Shown: piece by piece, positions 20,649-30,800 of the stretch | How the letters are laid out: every line of letters starts with the position of its first letter | Position numbering within the stretch: the first letter of the stretch is position 1 | DNA from: an uncultured virus (IMG/VR IMGVR_UViG_3300017758_000001) | Taxonomy: Duplodnaviria; Heunggongvirae; Uroviricota; Caudoviricetes | Virus record (IMG/VR): IMGVR_UViG_3300017758_000001 | Length of the DNA stretch: 64,000 nucleotides | Reading direction: 5' to 3' (one strand) | Notes under the pieces: model-generated | The model's database searches: none | Told to the model about the DNA's origin: nothing | Seen by the model: the letters and a program-made list of their open reading frames with translations, nothing else | Program-made: the position numbers and the translations under genes

Positions 20649-20677
20649 ATGGTACACAAAAAAGTTTCAAAAGTCAA
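20649..20677 (-). promoter_or_regulatory. Host-sigma-type promoter for the ssb-recA-exo-helicase-nrdBA block
   Basis: Minus strand TTGACT-N17-TACCAT. Confidence 0.7.
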
Positions 20678-20716
20678 CCCCCTTGAACAATAAAATTTTG
20701 ATGTTTATCTGGAAAA

Positions 20717-21085
20717 TTACCTTAAAGTAAGTAAATAAGATAGTTTACTGACTTGTGTGAGTATATCATCTCTAAGACTTAAAAGGTCAGTATCTTTTTT
20801 GTCTATCTCAATATCACATATTACGTCACAAGCAACTTTGATCATTGCGACAAGATCAATATCTGATAGGTTATTAATATTTAACACTCGGTCGTCATTT
20901 TCTAATTTAAATCTTCCGTACTTGCCCATAGAAACTTCCACAAATAGATCAATTAATTCATCTAACTTGTGATATGTCTCACCAAATGATAAGTGTTTTG
21001 CATGACTCTTAGTCTGCCAGTGTAAAACTTTTAATTGTGATTGTAGTTCGAGAAAGAATTTAATATTAGAATTTAATGTTGTCAT
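20717..21085 (-). CDS. Dps/ferritin-like protein (DUF5856-like)
   Basis: LHWQTKSHAKHLSFGETYHKLDELIDLFVE matches the Dps HW...H...Y...D...E ferroxidase pattern. Confidence 0.7.
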   Translation of the reverse strand: MTTLNSNIKFFLELQSQLKVLHWQTKSHAKHLSFGETYHKLDELIDLFVEVSMGKYGRFKLENDDRVLNINNLSDIDLVAMIKVACDVICDIEIDKKDTDLLSLRDDILTQVSKLSYLLTLR

Positions 21086-21713
21086 CCTCATCACTTTCTA
21101 TAAAAGAGTCTCTCATCTCTTTTTGATTATAATCATTGATCTCTGCCTTTGAGATTACGTATTCATTTTTTCCACTGTTCTTCATGTCTAATTGTTTTTC
21201 TTTGAAGAATTCTGATGGATTTTGATTAAAAGGGTATGAATCTAATGATCTCATCTCTAATTTTTCTTGTGGTGTAGGTTCTTTCATATCCTCGACTTTA
21301 CTTTCGAGTCCGTCGATCTTTGCGATAACATTATCCATTTGTGAAAGTTTACCTTCTAAGTCATCAAGTTTTGTAAATAAATCACCCATTTTAGATATAA
21401 CCTGTTCATTATCTGATTTAGACGAATCTAAATCGTTTTTAATGTTTTGTGTCATATTAACTAAATCAGTAATATCCATCTCTTCGACATCCGCGTCAGG
21501 TGAATCTACCATTGGTTCTTCACCACCTTCGATTGCCACGTCCCCCTCAGGTTCTGCTGGAATATCTTCAATTGGTGCATCACCTTCAGGTGCGTCACCT
21601 GTTGGTAATTCGTCTGCAGGTATCTCCTCTTGTTCAGAGATTAATGATTTTTGGTAATTGTTGATACTCTTATATCTGAGTAACTCCTCGTGTAATTTAT
21701 TTTCTAAACCCAT
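21066..21713 (-). CDS. Acidic coiled-coil protein, possible internal head/scaffold-like
   Basis: N-terminal LHEELLRYKSI, Glu/Pro-rich linker, heptad coiled coil LFTKLDDLEGKLSQMDNVIAKIDGLESKV. Confidence 0.5.
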   Translation of the reverse strand: MGLENKLHEELLRYKSINNYQKSLISEQEEIPADELPTGDAPEGDAPIEDIPAEPEGDVAIEGGEEPMVDSPDADVEEMDITDLVNMTQNIKNDLDSSKSDNEQVISKMGDLFTKLDDLEGKLSQMDNVIAKIDGLESKVEDMKEPTPQEKLEMRSLDSYPFNQNPSEFFKEKQLDMKNSGKNEYVISKAEINDYNQKEMRDSFIESDEDDNIKF

Positions 21714-21714
21714 C

Positions 21715-21918
21715 TTAGTCGCTTAATAATTGTCTTCCATCTTCGGTTATGTATCGTTTGTTAATTCTCTCAACGATACCATCTTTAGAACGGATTACGT
21801 AACATTCACCAGTATTCATGTCACAAACTTCTTGTTCAGTTCCGTCCTCATTTAAATTTTTTACTGACTTTTTTCCTAAGAAGTTATCAAGTGTTGAACC
21901 TATTTTTAAATTATCCAT
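21715..21918 (-). CDS. Small late protein
   Basis: 67 aa from MDNLK, TATTTAT motif at 21935-21941, C-terminal YITEDGRQLL. Confidence 0.55.
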   Translation of the reverse strand: MDNLKIGSTLDNFLGKKSVKNLNEDGTEQEVCDMNTGECYVIRSKDGIVERINKRYITEDGRQLLSD

Positions 21919-21968
21919 AATTGTTCTTTTTAATATAAATATCACCAAATTAGTAATTATCCATGAAA

Positions 21969-24900
21969 TTACTCAATTGTAAAGTAGACAACATCTCCAT
22001 TGACTAATTTTAAGTCTTTCATAAGGTTTTTAGACAAGGTTAAACCGAAGTATTCTGAGTTACCACTTTCAATACTCTGAATTACTCTTTCTCCCGAATC
22101 TATTGGTCCATTAACATATCTTGCACCATTATCACTGTTTAATTGTGAGTCCGCATTTACTGTCTTCGCTAAATTCTTAAGTGGATTTAGGAATTGTGTT
22201 GTTGAATTAAGCATCAAGTAGTCGGTGGTTTTTGCAACACTGAAATCTAATGGTACAGAAAAGAAATACTTATTACTGTTTTTAATTTCTCCCCACTTTA
22301 ATTGATTTGGTTTAACCGTAACCGATTCACTTAGTTTTGTTGGTAGTGACATAACAATATCGTCTGATAACGGGGCTTCCTGTCCCATTTGAATAACTCT
22401 TGAACGATACCAAATATTTCCTTTGTATTTTACCTTCTGTACCCCTAAAACATTATTAAATCCGTTGTATGGTACTCCGAGGTTAGTAACACCTGATTCG
22501 TCTATTAATTCTTCGCCAGGTATTCTATAATCTTCAGGTCCTCTATCAGTAACAAACCCACCCCTTACAATTTCTTCTGTCGTGGTCGTTAGTGCCACAC
22601 TACCTCTTGCTGTGGCGGCGTTCATTATCTTATCAAATAATACACGATACATCGCAGTAAATGATTCTTTAGGGTCAGGTAGTGAATCTTTAGGTATTCT
22701 TACACCTTTAAAGGATGTTGAAACTGTATTATTGGTAATATTATGTGTCACTTCAATGATCCAATATGCTCCCTCGAATAGTGGTACGTTTTTAAGTTGG
22801 AAATACATGGTAGGTTGTATCATAACGTTACCCATAGATTGAACTGTACACTCGTATGATCTCGCACGATATATATCAAATAATCCAATATCTACTTGTG
22901 ACGCACCCGATCCCGCTTCAGACCTCGCTAACCTTTCAATTGCAAGATTACTCTCAAATGTATTCCTAAATTGACTTTGGTCTAAACTTATCCCTTTAAA
23001 AATACCCTGATTTTGATCTCCAAAACTAACCTCAAAGGCAACAACCTTATTTGATTTAGAGAGATTTTCACTTTCGAAATATCTCGGATTAGTTATCAAA
23101 AGTGGGTTAGAGGTTGTATCCTCCATATTAAACCCATCATTTAGGAATTTGTACTCTTTATCTATTGTACTTAAGTTTAAGTGTTTAGATGTTTGTCCAA
23201 CATACTGTAATAACATTTTTGGTGTTGAATATTCTAAATCTACATCCAAAAATTTACCGAACATAGTGTTTGCAATCGTGTTAGAGGGTTTAATCTTCGC
23301 ACTTGATGAATCGTTTCCATAAAAGTTTACATACGCGGGAAGTGCTCTTAAATCAACATTAGTTCTTGCCAATAATAAGGATATAACCCCGTATAACTCG
23401 AGAGATTGATTTTTTGTATCTCCCAAACCAATTAATCTTTTAAGGTCCATGAAAAACGTATCACCAATATCTCTATTCGCTTTGTCTAAAAATAAAAACT
23501 CCTCCAATAATAGTCTTTGTCCTATTGAGTTACCTGAGGTCCATCTATCATTAAAAAGTTTAAAATTATTATACGTTTCAAGTTTTAATGGGTCATCATT
23601 GAATCCACCTAAAGTTTTTAGATTGTTATTTTGATCTTTAATTCTTTTAAGTGAAGGGAACCTTCTAATCATCACAGTCATAAATTGTCTTTGTCTTGAC
23701 TGACTTGGACCAACAATGTTTTGTGCAATGTAATCACCGAAATCTGATTTAGTGTTTGTTCCTCCTGATTTCCTGTAACCTGCATAAATCTGTATTAATG
23801 ATCTAAACTTTAGTACGTTCGATTCTGAAACTTCAATATCACTTATGGCAAAAAACTCTCCATAGTAATTATTAAAATCAAGAGTCTCACCAACATATAA
23901 TTCGATGTACTTTTGATTATCCACCAACTGAGATGAATTGTATGACCCATAATTAAATGTGTCGGTATCACCATAATAACCTCTTAGGACACTAAGATTA
24001 AGTTCTTTCGGATTAGATATTGTGACCTTCAGTAAATTTTTTGTTGAAAGGACATCCTCTGTCACTTGTTTAAATTTATCTATTTGTCTTGTCTGTAGTT
24101 TCGATACTAAAGAACTAATCTTATCGTATGATAAATCATCGGTATCTTTTTTGTCGACACTAACCAAATCTTTTAGTAGGTCTTGGAAGTTATCGTATTT
24201 AATATTTGGATATTGTTTGTAGTCCTCATATGACGATACCTTTTGACTTGAAAAGTTAAGAAACAGGTCTTCGAACTCTTCTAATATTTTTGGACTAAAG
24301 GTTCCAATGAGGTCTATAACTTTTTTGTTATTAGATCCCATCTCTTCAAAGTAATCATTATATGTGGGTCTTGTTTTTCCTGTTACTACAAATTCATCAG
24401 TATCAGACTCCCATACAGACCTGAAATTAAACTGTTCAGAATCATTATATGTTAAGTAACTATTTCTTACCGTAAGTCCACCGTGAGATGGTAGTAATGT
24501 GTATCTTTTATCACTGAATGTAAATCTACTATTATCCACAAAAGACGTATAGTATTTTAATTGTCCCAAATCAAAATGTTTTCTATATAGAACTAAATTT
24601 GTAATTGCAGATTCGTAACTTGACGGTGTTCCATCAAAGTGTGTGTAGTCATTTACTATTTGGTGAAAATATTGTTCATACTTTGGATGTATTCCCACGT
24701 ATGGTGTGCCCGTTGTTGTTCCTGAGTATGTTAAACCTTGACCACCGTCGTAATAGTCTGAACTGTTAATCGGTGATTCCATACCACTTATAATGTCCGT
24801 ACCTTCTAATATGAATGTCTTATATCTGTGGTACATTGACCCCCATTTCAACATTAAATGATATGGTATAAAGTGAGTCGCACCAACTTCCCTAAATAAG

Positions 24901-27584
24901 TTCGACATAGTAACCCCACCAGTATTTAATTCGTCATGTAAATCATGAAACGGTAAAGAGTTTAATAAAAGATATGATGATCCTTTATATTTACCCTTTG
25001 TATTTGAATTAAGGAAGTCCTCATTCAACATCTTATGGAAGTACGGTGTGTTAAGTATATTTAACTTATTCGTACCGTCTATATCGAATTTTCTTGAGAA
25101 AATATTTTCTTTATGTTCTGTAACTACCCAATTAGTTGGGTCCATTGGTGTTACCACAAAACCATTAGTTGTGTCAATACTTAAGTAATCATCCATAGAT
25201 AGATCATTAACCGTTAGACTTTGTTTGTTCACATAACCAAGGTATGTGTCAGAAGAAAAGGGATATATTTTAGTTCTGTATTCCTCACTTCTATAGTTTT
25301 TTAGGTTCGACTCTAATTTTGGATATAGACCACTTTGTTGTGTTTTTTTTGTACTACCTATATTACTTTCAATTTTGAAGGAGACAGAATCAATATCTAA
25401 AATGTATGGTGTTGTTGGTATACTGTCTTTGTAGTATGGATATCTTTCAAATGGTGAAAACCCCTGCAGATAATCAATTAATATTTGATTGGTGTTTACT
25501 CTTTCTTTTAATATGTCCACAATAAAGAAATCCTCTTCTATGGAATTCTGTAGGTTATTGAACTCAATCGATGCTAATTCATTAATTGTTTTAGTATCAA
25601 AAGTGTCATATAATGTTACCATTTGTGATCTTTCAAATATTTCGTATAATACAGCGGGTAGATTTTTATCACTGTATGGTGGAATATCAAAAATTGTATT
25701 TGTGGTACCAATCTTACTTGTTAGTTTTTCATCGGCGTTTGTATCTGCAAATGTGAATGAGACCGAATCGAACGTTTTTTCTTTTTCCGCTAAAGTGTCG
25801 TTTATCTTCATTGAAGTCCTTATGTACTCCTCAACAAACCCAACCTCGGGCCATAAAGAAAAGTCATCACTACCAAGTTTACCCACTAACTCACTATCCC
25901 CTGGATATGCCAATACCTTAGCGTTACCGTCTGTTTCTTTTTTTACTTCAGGCCATGGATATATTGCGTCGTCGTTTGGTGTTTCATCACTAAAACCTTT
26001 TAATCTTTTCTTTCTCTCTTCTCTATTGTTATATGCTTGGAAATGAACATCCCTCATTAATCTTATATAAACATCCGCATTTGCAAGGATTACCGCAAAT
26101 ATATTTCTGATGGTTGGTTTAAATCCGATCCCTTTTGATGGATCAGATATTATTTTGTTCATCTCTTCTTCTACCTTGTCTTGGAATTTCTTTTTTTCTT
26201 CCAAGAAAGATTTGTTAATATCGAGTATATCAGTTAGAAGTTTATTTATTGAAATTCCATATTTACCACTTCTTTGTTCGACATAATTTTTTATGTCTTG
26301 TATTGGGTTGGTGGTGTTTACTGAAATTCTACTTCTATTAAAGTTTACGTCTTTCCTCAACATTTCTTTTGTGAAGGACTGTCCTTTTTTAATCTTCTCT
26401 AACCCCGATTTGATAATTTGTTCAAGGGTACCACTTTTAGTTCCCGTTACATTTTCTAATTTATTATCTTCGGTTTTAATTAGTTGAAAGTATTTTATTG
26501 ATTCGACCTCATTTTGATCATTTGTTTCATCATTAAGGAAGAAATCTCCCGCTAAGTATCTACCCTTCCAACTCTTAACGGATTGATATAATTTGTTTAT
26601 GTTTTCTTCAAATTCTTTTATTGCCGCAAAAACTCTCATGTCAACCACTTCACTGAATATCTCATTCTCTAATAGTTGATCCAATCTTTTTGCAATTACA
26701 ATTAACTCCCTTAAAGTAGGATTAACATCTGGTGGAAAATCAATAAGTTTTTTTCTCCTTAATTCTTGATATATAGATTTAAGGGTTAAATAACCTTTAG
26801 AAGTTTTAGATAGTTTTACTTGGTACTCACCAGTCTTTTCATTGACACCTGATTTTTCACTACGTTCTACCCCAAACATGTACGGGGCATTTAATATACC
26901 CGTCAAGGGGATATCGTTTAAGTAAGCATATGTGGACCCAACAAATTTTGTACTAACCACAAAGTTTCCTGTCGCATCATCGTACGCGGTATTAAATGAT
27001 GTAAGGTGTAGTCTATACCTGATTGCCTTACCATAATAACCTTTTACTGTAAGATAAAATATCGGCCATGGTTGGTGAAAGAATGCCTTGTATGGTGAAT
27101 TTTGTGGTGATTCAAATAGAGTTTTTCCCCTAACATCAAGAAATTCTATTGATACCGAAGGAATAAAGTTAGTTCCCTTTACTTCTATTGAGACACTACT
27201 CATACCAAAGGATTGTCCACTTGAATCAAAGTTTTTCTCTCCGACTAACTCTCCTGTGTCAGGATTTATAGTGGTTTTAGGTCGATTAGTATATAATTCT
27301 GTCCAACCTGTATCTAAATATTCTCCATCATTGTTAGAAAGTAAATTTAACGTTCCTTTGGCAATGGAGGTTAGTGAACCACCACCTCTGTTCGCACTAT
27401 TCAGTATTGTTCTTGGTATTAGATCTGCTTCTAAATTTACGTATGATACTAAATTTTCTGCATTGGTAGCTCTTGGTTGTACCTCACCATCTACTTGTAC
27501 ACTGTTAGGGTCAATAAAAATTAAATTGTTTTGATCAACCTTAACAAGTATGTCTTCACTTTTTGATAAATCACTGTTCGCCAT
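21969..27584 (-). CDS. Very large baseplate hub protein (gp27/late-control-D-like N- and C-terminal halves with a long insert)
   Basis: N-terminal IEFLDVRG...FYLTVKGYYG...FVG and C-terminal GNVMIQPTMYFQLKNVPLFEGAYWIIEVTHNI...TSFKGVR are typical hub motifs. Confidence 0.65.
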   Translation of the reverse strand: MANSDLSKSEDILVKVDQNNLIFIDPNSVQVDGEVQPRATNAENLVSYVNLEADLIPRTILNSANRGGGSLTSIAKGTLNLLSNNDGEYLDTGWTELYTNRPKTTINPDTGELVGEKNFDSSGQSFGMSSVSIEVKGTNFIPSVSIEFLDVRGKTLFESPQNSPYKAFFHQPWPIFYLTVKGYYGKAIRYRLHLTSFNTAYDDATGNFVVSTKFVGSTYAYLNDIPLTGILNAPYMFGVERSEKSGVNEKTGEYQVKLSKTSKGYLTLKSIYQELRRKKLIDFPPDVNPTLRELIVIAKRLDQLLENEIFSEVVDMRVFAAIKEFEENINKLYQSVKSWKGRYLAGDFFLNDETNDQNEVESIKYFQLIKTEDNKLENVTGTKSGTLEQIIKSGLEKIKKGQSFTKEMLRKDVNFNRSRISVNTTNPIQDIKNYVEQRSGKYGISINKLLTDILDINKSFLEEKKKFQDKVEEEMNKIISDPSKGIGFKPTIRNIFAVILANADVYIRLMRDVHFQAYNNREERKKRLKGFSDETPNDDAIYPWPEVKKETDGNAKVLAYPGDSELVGKLGSDDFSLWPEVGFVEEYIRTSMKINDTLAEKEKTFDSVSFTFADTNADEKLTSKIGTTNTIFDIPPYSDKNLPAVLYEIFERSQMVTLYDTFDTKTINELASIEFNNLQNSIEEDFFIVDILKERVNTNQILIDYLQGFSPFERYPYYKDSIPTTPYILDIDSVSFKIESNIGSTKKTQQSGLYPKLESNLKNYRSEEYRTKIYPFSSDTYLGYVNKQSLTVNDLSMDDYLSIDTTNGFVVTPMDPTNWVVTEHKENIFSRKFDIDGTNKLNILNTPYFHKMLNEDFLNSNTKGKYKGSSYLLLNSLPFHDLHDELNTGGVTMSNLFREVGATHFIPYHLMLKWGSMYHRYKTFILEGTDIISGMESPINSSDYYDGGQGLTYSGTTTGTPYVGIHPKYEQYFHQIVNDYTHFDGTPSSYESAITNLVLYRKHFDLGQLKYYTSFVDNSRFTFSDKRYTLLPSHGGLTVRNSYLTYNDSEQFNFRSVWESDTDEFVVTGKTRPTYNDYFEEMGSNNKKVIDLIGTFSPKILEEFEDLFLNFSSQKVSSYEDYKQYPNIKYDNFQDLLKDLVSVDKKDTDDLSYDKISSLVSKLQTRQIDKFKQVTEDVLSTKNLLKVTISNPKELNLSVLRGYYGDTDTFNYGSYNSSQLVDNQKYIELYVGETLDFNNYYGEFFAISDIEVSESNVLKFRSLIQIYAGYRKSGGTNTKSDFGDYIAQNIVGPSQSRQRQFMTVMIRRFPSLKRIKDQNNNLKTLGGFNDDPLKLETYNNFKLFNDRWTSGNSIGQRLLLEEFLFLDKANRDIGDTFFMDLKRLIGLGDTKNQSLELYGVISLLLARTNVDLRALPAYVNFYGNDSSSAKIKPSNTIANTMFGKFLDVDLEYSTPKMLLQYVGQTSKHLNLSTIDKEYKFLNDGFNMEDTTSNPLLITNPRYFESENLSKSNKVVAFEVSFGDQNQGIFKGISLDQSQFRNTFESNLAIERLARSEAGSGASQVDIGLFDIYRARSYECTVQSMGNVMIQPTMYFQLKNVPLFEGAYWIIEVTHNITNNTVSTSFKGVRIPKDSLPDPKESFTAMYRVLFDKIMNAATARGSVALTTTTEEIVRGGFVTDRGPEDYRIPGEELIDESGVTNLGVPYNGFNNVLGVQKVKYKGNIWYRSRVIQMGQEAPLSDDIVMSLPTKLSESVTVKPNQLKWGEIKNSNKYFFSVPLDFSVAKTTDYLMLNSTTQFLNPLKNLAKTVNADSQLNSDNGARYVNGPIDSGERVIQSIESGNSEYFGLTLSKNLMKDLKLVNGDVVYFTIE

Positions 27585-27894
27585 AATACAAGTTGTACAA
27601 TTCTACCGCCCTTTTATATTCTTGAAGAGTATTAACCAAAGGAAATGGTATTCTAAGTGTAAAGTTATTTGGTACCTCGAATTCAATACTACCCGCAGTT
27701 GGGTTTGATTGTAAAATCAACCAACCGAATACGGGTGTGTTATAATATTCTTGAGATAATTTATCCAATCTATCTTTACCTTTTTTGTATTGTACATACT
27801 TGTCAGTTGACCTTATTGGAATCTCGATACCTGGTACTATTTTAAAATCACCATTATCCTCAAAAAACTCATACCTATTAAAATACTCTCTCAT
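27571..27894 (-). CDS. LysM-like baseplate protein (gp53 / tail X-like)
   Basis: DRLDKLSQEYYNTPVFGWLILQSNP...LRIP. Confidence 0.8.
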   Translation of the reverse strand: MREYFNRYEFFEDNGDFKIVPGIEIPIRSTDKYVQYKKGKDRLDKLSQEYYNTPVFGWLILQSNPTAGSIEFEVPNNFTLRIPFPLVNTLQEYKRAVELYNLYYGEQ

Positions 27895-30800
27895 TACGGT
27901 TTATAATCATTTAAGGTTGAACCGAGACCGACTCTCTTACTGTGAACTTTTTCTAAGTCCTCAATTTGTGTTGGGTCTGTTATGTCCTGTTCAGACTGTA
28001 TTTCGTAAGTTAATGGGTCATCACTTTTTCTTCCTTTGAATCTTGAAGTTCTAACTTTTTCTTCTTTTGTTTCATCAAAGAATCTTTTAACTTTTCTTTC
28101 TATTTTATTCAAAATATTTTGTGGATACAGTATACCGTCGTTTTTATAGATATCAATTATTTCTTGTTTTTTCTCTATTAATAATACAGATAAAATTTCA
28201 CTTAATACAGTGATATCTACATTCAAAGAGTTAAAATTAATTGTGTCGTCTAATTTTGATACAAATCTGTCACTGTTTTTATCGAAATAATCAATACAGT
28301 GGTCGTATTCTTCATATAGTGACGTAAAGGTGAATCCAACAAGTTCTGCTTGTTTTGGTGTGGGTGTATTGTCTTTAGGGAATTTACCATCACTATAATA
28401 TTTTGTCATGTAATTTAATTTATCTAAAATTGGTGTTAGATTGTTACGTGATTCTGTCAACTCCTTTAATGCATTATTACTGAAAATACTATCTAATTTA
28501 TCTTCTACTAATTCTCTTAATTTTGGTCTCAGTATGTCATTTGATTTTACTATTTTATCTTCTGATAAAAATCTATCGAAGGATAACATAGTTGTAACAT
28601 CTGAAGTTTCTATCGCCGAAACCATCTTCACTTTAAGTTGTGTAACATAAGAGTCAAGACTTTTTACCCTATCGTACTCACCGAATAAATTTATTGTCCT
28701 TGTACCAACGTTTGAACTGTTTACTATATAAGTGTTAATTGTTCTATAGTTGGGGGAGAATAGAAGTGAATGTACTTGTGGTCCGTATGATACTAAAACA
28801 TTATCATATGATGTGACGTATTTTTGGAAATACTCATCCGTTTTACTAAAAACATCAGTCACAATATCAGTGTATGTAATGTTTGTTCCTGAATTAACCC
28901 CAATATATGTTCCTGCAACCACAGTATCGGAAGGTTCTATGTCTTCTGCAGATGGTGCATTACCTGTTGTTGCACCAATACTCTGTAGTTCCTCTAAAAA
29001 GTCTTTTGTAAATTCTTCGGTGGATTTACCGTCAATATTTGATGTTGACACCGACCTTGGATCATACATTTCAGTATTTGCAAAGAAATTAGAAGATAAT
29101 GCGTTTTGTAGTCTTTCTACTGGTTTTGACAGTCCCTGTCCTCCAATAAAGTTTACTTGTAATGTTACATTTGCCAACATTGGTTGTACCCCAATACCCT
29201 CAGGGTTTAAATCCCAAGTGGAATCGTCATAAGTTATATTAACATCTCTTATTACTACCTTAGAATGGTAAAAATCCCCTATTCTAATAACACAGATAGG
29301 TGGTGGACCAAAACTTGTATTCCTTGCCCTAAGATCAAGGTCAGAGTTAAGACCTTTAATTGGTATTGTATCACCAGGTCTCACACATTGTAATAAGAAA
29401 TTAAGTCTAGCATTCAACCCTTCAGGTGTCATAGAATGAAATGCGGGGTGGAAGTATTTTAATTTATCTTTTAAACTTTTAAACGTTACAGGAGAATCTT
29501 CCTCTAACATTTTGAAGTAATAACACTCAGACAATGTCTTCATTATTATTTTCTTCATTTCATTTATTGGTGGTTTCTTTACACCTGGAACTTCAACATC
29601 CTCAGATGTTACTACAAATTTCGGTTGTTGGTCAGGATCAATAGGATCAGGTACAACATCAATAGGTTGTACTTCGAATTTAACTGTTGACTGTCTACAG
29701 TAGAATGTTACGGGGGCAGTTTTCTTAAGTCGAGTATTTGATCGTATTTCGTCGCTATGACAATCTACATTAGTGTCTCCCCCACCAAACTCATTGGCGT
29801 TTACTTGTTCATTTTCTCCTACACTTGTAAATAAATAACTAATCTTTCCTTCCACATCAAAACCTAATTCTTTGAACGTATATTCATTACTTACATCGAC
29901 CTCGGCAACACCATCGGCAGGAACTTGTGATGTCCAAGTTATTTCTTTAGAATTTTTAGATATACCTTTAACTATATCTCTGATTATACTGTGAGATCTT
30001 CTGAGTGATAATTTTACATTGTAATCATCTCCTGCGATTGATGAAGTACTACTTGTTGCACTCAACTTTATTTCTTTTATCTCACCATTTTCAATTCGTG
30101 TCTTTAACTCACTAATCTTGTCTGAGTATGCACTATAGTTTTGGTCTAATTTAGAAAATGCGGTTGTCATTTTGTCCTTGACCAACTGAATCTTTGATTG
30201 GTCGATTACAATTTCTTCGTTTCCATAAATTACTTTCTTATCATTCTTTTTCGCTGCAGTAGGTGATCCTTGACCTAATAAGGTTAAACCCGTTTCTAAG
30301 TCAGTCATGTATTGACCTGTACCTCCACCATACAATGTATTATATTGTGAGTAGACTTGATTATATGGTTTACCTTTTAATTGTGAACCCTCAATTCTTG
30401 GGATGTCATTTGGGAAGAATAATGTTATTTCTTGTTCTTCAGGATCTTGTGCTATGGGTTCTTGATCAATTGGTTCTATGTCCTCAGCATCTTCAGTATC
30501 AACTTTTAATTTTTTAATTGTTTCTTTGTCTGTTCCCGCTTCTAAATAATCTTTTATACTTTGTACGTCATCGTTTGTGAGTGTAGTGTATGTTCTTATA
30601 AGTGAATAGAAATCAATCTCCTCACACCCCGCAAAGAACGCATTTATATAATTGTCAGATTCTTCGTCCGACATGTCTTTGAATACTTTACTTACCATTA
30701 AATTAAGTATACTTGGGTGATCAACAATAACTTTAAAGGAAACTTGTCCCGATCTTTCAGTATTTTGATAGGTGTATATTGGTTCAGGTCGTCCTAAGAA

